Below, piece by piece: positions 29,973 through 41,062 of a stretch of 64,000 nucleotides of DNA (position 1 is its first letter; every line of letters begins with the position of its first letter). The stretch is taken from assembly GCA_012295275.1 (NCBI GenBank), contig CM022673.1:7440001-7504000 (forward strand), given 5' to 3'. Under the pieces are notes generated by a model. It searched no databases. It was not told where the DNA came from and saw nothing but the letters and a program-made list of their open reading frames with translations. This DNA is from Chrysomallon squamiferum. Lineage: Eukaryota > Animalia > Mollusca. Made by a program: the position numbers and the translations under genes.

Positions 29973-31518
29973 TATACACACACATATACTGTAGGCAAAT
30001 TTCATTTTGTAATTGTTTTTAAATTCTTTATTTTGTAATTCATAAAATAGAATGGAAGACAAAGAAATTGAAAAAATATAATTTTTAAAAATGTGATTTT
30101 AATTTAAAAAGTACACTGTTATAAATGAGGAAATTTAGAGTTTTAAATTTAAAAAAAAAAAATTCAGTTTTTTGTTGTTGTTATCTGCTAAGTAAACAAG
30201 ATGAAGTTATTTCTGTTTGTTTTACAGGTGTATATGGATTACTTGTCAAAAGGTCTGCAGACTGAAGTGGCCAGTCGAGGTGTGACTGTTCAGGTATTTT
30301 GTTAATTTAATCTGTAACTGTAATTTTATTATTAGTAATATTACAATAGAACACAACAGCCCTTTAAGGCCAAAAAAAATGTTTTCTGATGCAACATGTG
30401 TCGTTGTTTCTGCAGCTTTTGTCACAGTTTGTTGCTTTTCTGCATGAAATGGCTTGGAGAATGGATTTTTAAAAGAATCTCTTAAAGTATGTTTCAAAAT
30501 TGCAACCATTAACCGTATGTTGATATTGATATAATTTTGTGTTTTTGTTTTTAACTTTTTTATTTTATTTATTTAATCTTTTTTTGTTGTGTGAGTAATA
30601 AACAAGTTTCTTTTTACCAGTCAAAAATTTTTTTTATCCTAATTAATGTATTATAATGACATTTCGATTATATTTGCATTTTATGCACATTTTTATGTTT
30701 ACTATGGGAAGAGTTGTCAAGAAATGTATGTTTATACTTTCTATTATTATTTTTATCATTTTGGAAGGCAACTGAATTACAATTTAATTTAATATCTGAT
30801 TAAACTATTAATCTGCCACAGTGATTCATTTGATAACTACCTTATCAAACATCTAGCATTAGTATTATAAAAGTTATTTTAAATTTGTATTAATGGGTAA
30901 CTGGGCCCTGTTTTGTGATTTTGTTAATAAAAAACCTTATCAAACAAGTAAAATTAATTTCCATAAAAATTAATTTTGAAAACTTGCAGGTTGTCAGGCC
31001 CTATTTTGTGGCAACAAAACTGAGTGGGATTCGGAGAACTAACCTGTTTACACCATCACCCCAGACGTTCGTTAGAGGTGCTCTCTCCACTGTAGGACTG
31101 ACTACTTCGACAAATGGCTACTGGATGCACTCAATACAGGTAGTTGTTGTGTGTGTGCATGTACCTGTGTGTGTGTGCGTGTGTGTGCGTGCATGCGTGC
31201 GTGCGTGTGTGTGCACGCGCGCTTGCATGTTTCAAGTTTGATGTTTCATGTATGTTGTTTATATGTAAGTATGTACATTGTGTGTGTGTGTGTGTGAACA
31301 AAGATAGACAGATAGATACATATGCAAAATCAAATTAGAAGGCATCAAAAAGTATTTAATGGATTTTGTTTTATATTTTATTATAAACAGTTTTGTTTTG
31401 TTTGTTTCAGGGCTATGTTTTTGGATTTATCGAATGTTCAGCACTGAAAATGTGGGTTATGAAACAAGCAAGAAAAGCTGCACTGAAGAAACTAGCCAAG
31501 AAGAACAAAGAAAATTAA
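25201..31518 (+). CDS. HSD17B12: Very-long-chain 3-oxoacyl-CoA reductase (KAR / 17-beta-HSD12), SDR family; 10 coding exons, 966 nt, 321 aa
   Basis: Manually spliced exons 25201-25381, 25810-25856, 26078-26153, 27687-27797, 28136-28200, 28587-28631, 29394-29510, 30228-30293, 30990-31139, 31411-31518. All introns are GT..AG and phases are consistent. The protein has an N-terminal TM segment, GAWAVITGCTDGIGKEYA (TGxxxGxG), LVNNVG, catalytic YSATK (YxxxK), PYFVATKLS and C-terminal KNKEN (KxKxx ER-retrieval type). Confidence 0.95.
25810..25856 (+). CDS. HSD17B12: HSD17B12 exon 2 (cofactor-binding loop)
   Basis: tttcag|TG ATA ACT GGC TGC ACA GAT GGC ATA GGA...CAG|gtttgt; VITGCTDGIGKEYALQ. Confidence 0.95.
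26078..26153 (+). CDS. HSD17B12: HSD17B12 exon 3
   Basis: ttcag|ATT GCC AAA AAG...ATA G|gtaagt; IAKKGVNVVLISRTQSKLDELAQDI. Confidence 0.95.
27687..27797 (+). CDS. HSD17B12: HSD17B12 exon 4
   Basis: tttcag|AA TCA AAA TAC...CTT G|gtaagt; ESKYKVKTKTIAIDFT...LEIGTL. Confidence 0.95.
28136..28200 (+). CDS. HSD17B12: HSD17B12 exon 5
   Basis: tttcag|TG AAC AAT GTT GGC...CAG|gtaaat; VNNVGMSYPYPEYFANLPDKDQ. Confidence 0.95.
28587..28631 (+). CDS. HSD17B12: HSD17B12 exon 6
   Basis: ttttag|CTA CTG CAG...ACC ATG|gtaagt; LLQNIIHVNMSSVTM. Confidence 0.9.
29394..29510 (+). CDS. HSD17B12: HSD17B12 exon 7 (catalytic YxxxK)
   Basis: gtaag|ATG ACC AGC...ACT AAG|gtgtgt; MTSIVLPDMLERRRGYIINIASAAAEQPAPLLTVYSATK. 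Confidence 0.95.
30228..30293 (+). CDS. HSD17B12: HSD17B12 exon 8
   Basis: ttacag|GTG TAT ATG GAT...CAG|gtattt; VYMDYLSKGLQTEVASRGVTVQ. Confidence 0.95.
30990..31139 (+). CDS. HSD17B12: HSD17B12 exon 9
   Basis: ttgcag|GTT GTC AGG CCC...CAG|gtagtt; VVRPYFVATKLSGIRR...NGYWMHSIQ. Confidence 0.95.
31411..31518 (+). CDS. HSD17B12: HSD17B12 last coding exon
   Basis: tttcag|GGC TAT GTT...GAA AAT TAA; ends RKAALKKLAKKNKEN*. Confidence 0.9.
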   Translation, partial: GYVFGFIECSALKMWVMKQARKAALKKLAKKNKEN

Positions 31519-32401
31519 AATTAACTGGGCATTGAGATAAATTTTACTGTTAATTTATTGTTATTGAAAGAATTATTAAGCAAAAAAACAAACAGTTTTT
31601 GATATACTTGCATAACTGTGTTCTTCAAAAGAGCAATTAAATTGACCCTCTCCCCCCACCATTAAATATAAAAAACACAATATATTGTAATATTATAATC
31701 AGTAATAGATTATTTAAATTGTACAAATTGTATTTTACTGTAATTATTAGAAGATAAAACAACCAAATTGTTTGTTCTTTAACAAAGTTGTGATTGTATT
31801 AAGCATTTATTGTTCTTTTTATTAAAATAGTTATCTTCCAAATTCTTCAAAACATTCACATAATTATTGTTTGAATTTTAAATCTTTATTCCATTCATGT
31901 TTCTTTTTTAGAAAAGTAAATCCATGTATATAAGAATGTAATATTGTTGTTTTTTAGTGTTTTTTGGCTTTGTTTGTTTGTTGTTGATTTTTATTTTTGA
32001 TAAATACATTATAGTTTTGATTTATTTTAGTAATTCAAAAAACATTCTTTTCTTTAAGATTTTTATTGTGTATTTTACAAAATACATTTATCAAAAATTG
32101 CATTTAACTACATTTTCTAGTTTACCAGTGCTTGTGAACAGTTTTCAGCTTACTGTGTATTTTTGGTTTGTATTTTTCAATACAAACAAGATCATTTCAT
32201 AAAAATTTGAAAAAAAAAAAAAAAAAAAAAAAAAATATTACCATTTTTATACGTAGGATCATACTGACAATCATTTTGGAATATAAAATGAACTCTGAAA
32301 GAACTTGTATTTGTATTTAATAAATGTTTTTTCAAATATATTTAAATTTTTTCATAATTATTACATTTGTCTGCTTTCAGGTTTTGCTTTACCTAATTAA
32401 T

Positions 32402-32433
<32 letters not shown>

Positions 32434-33924
32434 AAATTATTGGCATTGTTGTCTTATATTCTTTTTTTTTTTTTTTTTTTTTTTCTGTGAAATTATGATT
32501 TGTTTGTTTTCAAAATGTTACTAAAAACTATAAAAGATGATTCGGTCATGAAGATCTTGTGTGATGTGTGAACAGTTCTGAATTCATCATCTTTACGGGG
32601 CTTATTGGAGTATTTCATGTACCAGCTAGTGTACCAGTATGGTATATTAAAAGCCATCTTCTATGGGGTGGGTTCTGTTAATGAAAACTTGAGCCGAGTT
32701 GGTTCTTGTTGTTTATTTATTTATTTGTTTTGTTTATTTATTGTCAGTTTAGTGCAGCCTCTGTAAAACATCATAGAAAACAGTTACTTATAATGAAAAG
32801 TATATTACTGGGCATGAAAAAAAAAAAAGAAATATAAACACGAGAAATTAACATTCCGTCACGCTATTCTTCAATAATGGAGACTTAACTAATTTTAATC
32901 GTCAGAGTTATTTCCCTTAGTAACAAACTAGAAATGAATATTTACTACGAACAAATAATTTACTCATTTTCAAAGAATGGTCATATCGAAACATCAAAAG
33001 AATATAAAACACATGTGTGGGTTTAGTCAGTCAGGAAAATTATAGAATGAATTAATTGTTAAAATATATAAAATAAACACATAGTATTTCGAAACGTATG
33101 TGTAAATGTTTTATCTGGATCATTTTAACAGCGTTTATACGACAGTTTATGCGACACTGTTGAAATCACGATTCAGCATCACGATAAATCAGACTGAAAA
33201 AACAAGAAATAATAATAATAATAATTATGGGCCAGAGATACGAGCCCGACACATATAATATCCTGTATCAAATAATGTCCGATCTAATGATTTTAATAAA
33301 GAAAGCTTTGCCCTAATCAAGTATCTATTTAAGGATAGTTATATATGTATGTATGTTCACGTGACGTATAATATAATGTAGCTGGGACGGCTGAGATTTT
33401 TTTTTTCTTTTCCTACGAACCTTTCGCCATTCGTGTTTGTGCATTACAAACAGCTGACTGCATTATGCTAAGCCGATACACAAGAAGGAATGTGTGCATT
33501 CGCGAATGGTAAAAAATTAGTAGAAAAGAAATTTCTAACGAGGCTAACACTTGGTTCATACTTTTTTGCCGACTCTGGCGAATACTCGGCACATTCCGCC
33601 ACACTCCGTCTGTTTTCCTAAATCTCGCCGTTCAACAGACGAGTGGATTCCTCAGATTAGTCACACGCTTATCTGTCATACAGTTTATAACAGCACAGGC
33701 CAAGGTTTGGTGCACACTTAATCCTCTGCCCGTTACCCAGATAAAAATGGTATGATCCCACATTGTTGTATATTGTATGGCTACCGGCAATAAATAAATG
33801 AAAGAAAGGCTTATAATCATTTATACATTTTATTTCATCACTAGCTCAATTAATTAGCTATACACAGTTGTCCTTGTTTGGATAGGTTTTAGAACTATGG
33901 ACGGACTAATTCTGCCCTGTGTGG

Positions 33925-34009
<85 letters not shown>

Positions 34010-34380
34010 TGTTCATTGCTTACACGACAAATTGTCTGTTCTGAGTACGAAATTATTACATATATTTTTATTATTATACATAACGCCTACACTTGTTTAT
34101 AGACATAGTCTGTCAGTCTGTGATGGACAAGTGCATTAATGGATAACTTAATAACGTCTTACAAATACTGCGGAAATGAATCGTCTTACTTGTCGTTCGT
34201 TTCTGTTTGTTTCATCCGAAACGAAAGCATTTTACTCACAAACTAAATCTAGCAAAACGATAGATTGTCCATTAAATCTGAAGTCTTTGTCAAATATTTA
34301 AGTTAGATCCTAGGAGTAACTTCTGTTCTTGTAAAGCACTAGTACAGAAATAGTTGTAATAAATGTACATAATAAATATA

Positions 34381-34411
<31 letters not shown>

Positions 34412-34993
34412 AGATTTGTATTATGAGTAATATTAATAACGGTTACTAGACCTTTGAAATTCCTACAAGTTACAGTTTCTGCATTTCTAAATTTCTTTGT
34501 ATTCATATTAAGTCTAATAACGAAACAATCCTCTAGCAAGAATGAAGAACAAAAAAAGAATATCACAACGATTTCATTCACATTTATTTTTCATACTGTA
34601 CCTACAGACGTTAATATGAATACTATTAGATATGACCTAGGTAGCACTAAGTAAGTATATTTAGCCAAATACAAAGAGACAACATGCTCAACTCCTAGCT
34701 GTCAACTTCATATTCCAGAGCCATAAATTAGATGTAGCTAGATTAATAATACTCAATAATAAAGTGTTGCGTTCCTCACGTTTTATTGAATCGGACAGTT
34801 CCATTAATACTTCAGGGGCTGATTTAATTAGTCTATGAACCGACTGCATTACAAAGTGGAAAATGTTGATGCGTAACAAACGGAGACATAGACTGACATT
34901 ATTATGTACACGAGATTAGTTTGATTGGACGAGTCTGCTGGGACTATTTAACACTGACGTGTCCACAGTCGTGTCGATTCGTTCCATCTCAAT

Positions 34994-35064
34994 TCACCAA
35001 CTGCTGGTCACTTTATCGGATGGTGCAACCTGCCACAGTAACTGAAGCCACATTTCCAGTTTGT
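34994..35064 (-). CDS. SLC7A9: SLC7A9-like last coding exon
   Basis: ttttcacag|AC AAA CTG...TGG TGA; [23 protein letters not shown]. Confidence 0.88.
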
Positions 35065-37959
35065 CTGTGAAAATGAATTGTACTCAGTTAATATCAAAAG
35101 ATATCTGTAAAGATAGATCGTAGTTCAGTTAATATATTTTTGACATAAAACGTCTAAAGAAAAATCGTAATTTAATTTCTTCATACCGTAAGATAGACAA
35201 CTCAATCGTTTAAATAATATTTTATTAATAAGGTATATGGCTACATTATAGTTAAACATCTTAACAAAATAAGATAATCTTTTCAGATAAATCGTTGTTT
35301 AATAATCTTAATAGTGCAAGATGTCTCTGTGAAGAATATAAATAAATAAATAAATAAATAAATAATAGCAATACTAATATAACCCTTGAGATTTGTAGTT
35401 GTCATCATCACTACACCTATACAACTACTACTACTTCTACCGCTGCTACTACTTCTACTGCTGGTACTACTATTGTTGTTGTTGCCGCTGCTAATGATGA
35501 CGTGATACTTCCCTACTTCTGTTACTACTGCTTCTATTCTATAACTATTGCCACCCCTATTATTTTTAATAATAAATTACATTATTTTAGTTTAGATTAC
35601 ATTATTTACCTATACATTTCGGCTTCGCTTTGTAGTGAACAAACGGAACGTACAGTATTGTTGAACCCAAACAGAACAATATGGCATAAAGAAACTCCAG
35701 TTTAGGTTCCTGAATGATCGGCGTCAGAACGAGGAAAACACAAATCAGAAGAAACAAAACTGGAATAACAATAGGAATCTGAAATGAAATGACCACATAA
35801 TAATAATAATAACAATAATAATAATAATAATTCTAATTATAATTATAATTGTATCTGAGCAACAACAACAAAAACAACAACAATAAAAATATGTTTTAGC
35901 CTGTATAGTATTTATTAGAACTTATTGATTTTTAAATATGCAGTTATGAATATTTAATACCGATAAGCTACGTTTTTTATTTTATTTTTTATTTTTTTGT
36001 TTTTTAACAAATAGCTTTATGAATATTATATAAACATTCATTATAGATTTTAAACTTTCATTTTTATATACGTAAACATTATTATAAAAAAATGTTATAA
36101 AAAATGTTATTATACCTTTATGCGGTTCTGATCGTGTTTCACTTTGAAGCGAAGAATAATGACACAGGCAGCAGACGTTCCGGTGAAAAACCACACCAGA
36201 AAAGTCAGAAAATTAATCAGGGTCGTGAGACTGCCGTTAGTTATCATAATTATAGCCATCAGAGACTGCGTCGAGGGAAAAGAAGGATTAAAAAAAGTTA
36301 AGAGTATTTTATGAAAATCGGTTCTTCAGTGTTCCAATAGTAATGTGAGAAACAAAACACTAAGCCACGGCACCATACAATTTTTTATTTTTTTTTTTAT
36401 TTTTTTTTTTTAAGATGACACAACAAAATTTAAAGGAATTTAAATAAAACTGTCTTTCCAAATGATCGTTTATACGTAACTAACACCAGCCGTAGCTAAT
36501 ATTAAAGAATGACAACAAAGAGTAAAAATCACGTTGGATGTATAGAGAGGGTGCCAAAAAACAGTACTATTACTACTGAAACAGATTGTAAATAATACAC
36601 TGCACTTACCCTAAACAACACGGGTGCTATTGGTGTGCGGTAGTGAACGTGAATGTACGACATGAACGACGGGAAAACACCATCTCTAGCGGCGGCGAAA
36701 GATGTTCTGAAAATTGCAGTAAGTAGATTGTTTTACGTGTTTTATATGATCACTGATACAACTGTAACTTCTGCTCCCGGTATTACTAACTTTACTGTCG
36801 TTTACTAATTGTTACAATTAATTAATTATAATAACAACAAAGCAGAAACAGCAACTGCTATTAGTACTAGTAATACTACTACTAATGCTCCTGCTATTAC
36901 TACTACTAATACTACTACTACTATTATTATTATTATTATTACTACTACTACTACTATTATTATTATTATTATGTTCCTAGTGGGATATATATTTTTTTAA
37001 TTTTTGCTCCTTGTGTTTGTTCTTTCTGCCTATAATTATTGTTATTATATTCACCATACGACATTCCGAAATCCCCTTCTGTAGCATAATTCATTTATTT
37101 TTTTATTTTATTTTATTTTTTTTGGTATATTTTAAACATCCGATTATATTTCATTTATGTAGTCCTGTACAGTGTTTACCTTGTTGTAGCTGTAATACCG
37201 CCACAGACAGAGCCAAACACAGACATCAGTACGGAAATTGGAATGATGATGGCGGCTCCGCCCAACATTTGGTTAGCCCAGGTCTTAATATAAATAAATA
37301 AATAAATAAAATAAAATAAAATAAAATAAAATAAAATAAAATAAAATAAAATAAAATAAAATAAAAATAATAAAATAAAAAATATAATAAAAATAATAAT
37401 AAAAATAAAAAAACAACCAAAAAAACAGTAAGATAAAAGGATTTAAAAAATATTGCAGGAAAACAAAACAATTCAGTAATTATTATGATAACGATGATGT
37501 TGCTGATGATGATAATAATGATTTAATAACGATAATTATGATAATTATAATAAAGATATTAAACATGACACACACACGCTCACACACACACACATACATA
37601 CATACATACACCTAGGCACGTTTGTATGTGCATATATGTGTGCATGTGCGCATGTATGTACATAAAAATATGTATATATTAAAAATACATTAATATTTAT
37701 TTAACGCATATGAACGATGTTACATACGACAGCGACAGCGTGTGAGGTGTACATCTGTCGTTTACTAAGCACGGCTAGGTAGGAGACGTTGGTCAGAATG
37801 TACACGAACGTCGTCAGGACTGTACCTCCGACACTGGCAATTACAACGTTCCTGAAACACAAAGTAGGATGACAGTGAATGAATGAATGTATACAGACAC
37901 AACTAACTAACTAACTAACTAACTAACTAGATAGTTAGTTAGATAGGTAGGTAGGTAGG

Positions 37960-38015
<56 letters not shown>

Positions 38016-39422
38016 GAGAGAAGGATAGACAGATAGAATGAATGAATAATTTATGAAAAAATGCAATAAGATTTTTTTAAAGATTCTTATGAATAAGGTT
38101 TTTATTCCACTGTCAGCAATCAAAAATAAATAAATAAATAAATAGCTTATGAATTGGAATTAGAATTGTTTAAAGATTCTTAAGAATAAAGAAAGTTTTT
38201 ATTCCATTGTCAGTATATAAACCATGAAAACCAAAATAAATAAATAAATAAATAAATAACGATAATAAAAAAAAGAGATATGTTTTAAAAATAAATTTAA
38301 AAAATAAAAAATAAAAAATTAATCCCTACCTTCGAGGATTCTTCACTTCTTCGAGGAGATAATAAATATTATTCCTAAAAATAAACCACACAACCTGAGC
38401 ATATTTGCATAAGTCAATACAAATGAACATTGCAAGATCGATCTTAAAGAATTATCTTGCACACAAATATATACATCAACAAATTTAAAAAAAAAAACCA
38501 TACGTATACATCCACAGATTAGAAAACATACAAATGCATAGGCACGTATCGTTTTTGCAAAATATATATTCATATATATAAACAATTACTATCCCCAGTT
38601 AAATTCGCAAAAGGTTTACATTACCAGCCTCCATAAGCAAACATGGCGAAATAAACTGAGATGGCTGCTGATGCTGGAGATGTTGTTGTTCCTTCAAATC
38701 CTGTAGAAAGCTCCGAGGTGGATCCTGTTTCATAGTAAAGAATGAAGAGGTAAAATATTATGATAAATTACGCATCTTCTTAAAAAAAAAAAAAAACCCA
38801 AAGCAAATAGTCACTGACATTCAGTAATCTTTTTTAAAGAAATAAACATACGAAAATCTTTTAGTTATACGTAAGGGTTATTATTACTTGGTTCAGGTAA
38901 ACAGACAGACAGACACACACACATACACTTAAGCATAGAGAGACAAAACCAATACAAATAAATGGATTAAATCACCTTTCCCCTCATTCTCTCTCTTTAA
39001 TTCTCTCTTTCTTTCTCTCTTTCTATACACACACCAATCAAGTAAATAATAATTGAAGTAATATTTCTAAAGTTAACATATTAATTAACTTTAATTCTTT
39101 TCACATAATTGTACTCATAATAGTACCTTGACCAATCTTGACCAGTCCACCTATAATAATGACCAGCAGGGCAATAAGCTTGGCAGCAGTGAAGAAAACC
39201 TGGAACCTTGACGCAATTAAGACGCTGTAGCAGTTGATGATCATCACAGTCACTATCAAATAATAATAATACTAAAAAGATGAGTTATTTTTGATGAACT
39301 GTAATAAAATCGTTATAGGGAATATTCTAACGGGGATGCATAAAAAGCTGCGTATTAATGTCTTTGTTGTTGATATTCATAACTATAGCCAAATCCATAT
39401 TTTCACTATCATCGTCGTTATC

Positions 39423-39478
<56 letters not shown>

Positions 39479-41011
39479 GAAGAAGAAGAAGAAGACGAAG
39501 AAGTCAAAGGATAAAAATAAATGATGAATTCAAAGAAAAAAATAGACACCGATGAATGGATTGATGGCTACAGACTGAAAAAAAGAAAAAGAAATATACT
39601 GAGACAGATAGATAAAGATACACATATGCACACATATATTAATGTTAGAAGCTTTATCAGTGAAATATTTTAAATGCTTTTATTTCTAAAAAACAGCAAC
39701 AACAACAACTACTAAAATAACAACAACAACTACTGCTACTGCTGCTATACTATTACTACTACTACAAAACAAAACCAACCAATCACAGAAACAGCTATTA
39801 ATTTCTTCGGAATATCAGGCGACCCGCAGTTGTCCAGCATCGAGCTGAGATATTCCGCGAACGCCAGACAACTAATGGAGGCAGAGGCTGGAAACAGGGC
39901 CACTTCGACCGTGAAGACGTATATGAAAGCAGGGACCGGTCCAATGGTTTTGTAAAAGTACGCGTACTCCCCTCCAGCCCGCCGCACAAGACTAGCCAGT
40001 TCCACATACGTGAGCGAGCCTGAAAATACATCATGTAAAATTACGTCATAAGTTCCACATACGTGAGCGAGCCTGTAATACATCATGTAAAATGAGGTCA
40101 TAAGTTCCACATATGTGAGCGAGCCTGTAATACATCACGTAAAATTACGTCATATGTTCCACATACGTGAGCGAGCCTGTAATACATCATGTAAAATTAC
40201 GTCATAAGTTCCACATTCGTGAGCGAGCCTGAAATACATCATGTAAAATTAAGTCATAAGTTCCACATACGTGAGGAATCTGAAATATCACGTAAAAATA
40301 GGTCATAAGTTCCATCTACGCAATACGTCATACAAAAATTAGCTTATGAGTTCCAAGTACGTCAGCTACTCAAAAATATGTCGTAAGAAATAACATAATC
40401 AGTTCCAATTATGAAAGGACCTTGAAATACGTCAGATTAAAATTAGGTCATCTTTTTCACGTAGAAGAGGACATGAAATAGGTTAGATAAAATTAAGTCA
40501 TCATTGCTTATAGAAATATTGTCATCTATTACTTACCCAACATGGATATAAATCCGGCCACAGTCCAAATGACCAGACACAGACCGACAGAACCTGTAAA
40601 CCTCAACACATACTGAGGACTGATAAATATTCCAGATCCTGAAAGAAGAATATTTATTACTAGACTTATATTGGCCTCTTTCGGGCATTATTTTACCAAT
40701 CTGACTTAAAACAACTCAAGCTGAATCTTCGTGGTAATTACTAATTGCGGTTTAAATGTAAAGAAACTTAGGATATTATACTAATTCAGGTTTTAGTTAT
40801 TTGTTAATATCAACATTACATCATATATCTCGCTTTCAGAAATTATTTTTAGTATAAAAGGCGTTTCCGTTGAAAAAAACAGCAAGAATCAGGTACGTTA
40901 TCAAAAATTGAAATAAGTTAATACGCTGTTAAGGATAATTATAAACAAAACTAACAATAATGTAAAATTATTGTTACTGTTAAGAAGATCATAAAAATAT
41001 ATTTTCTACAT

Positions 41012-41062
<51 letters not shown>

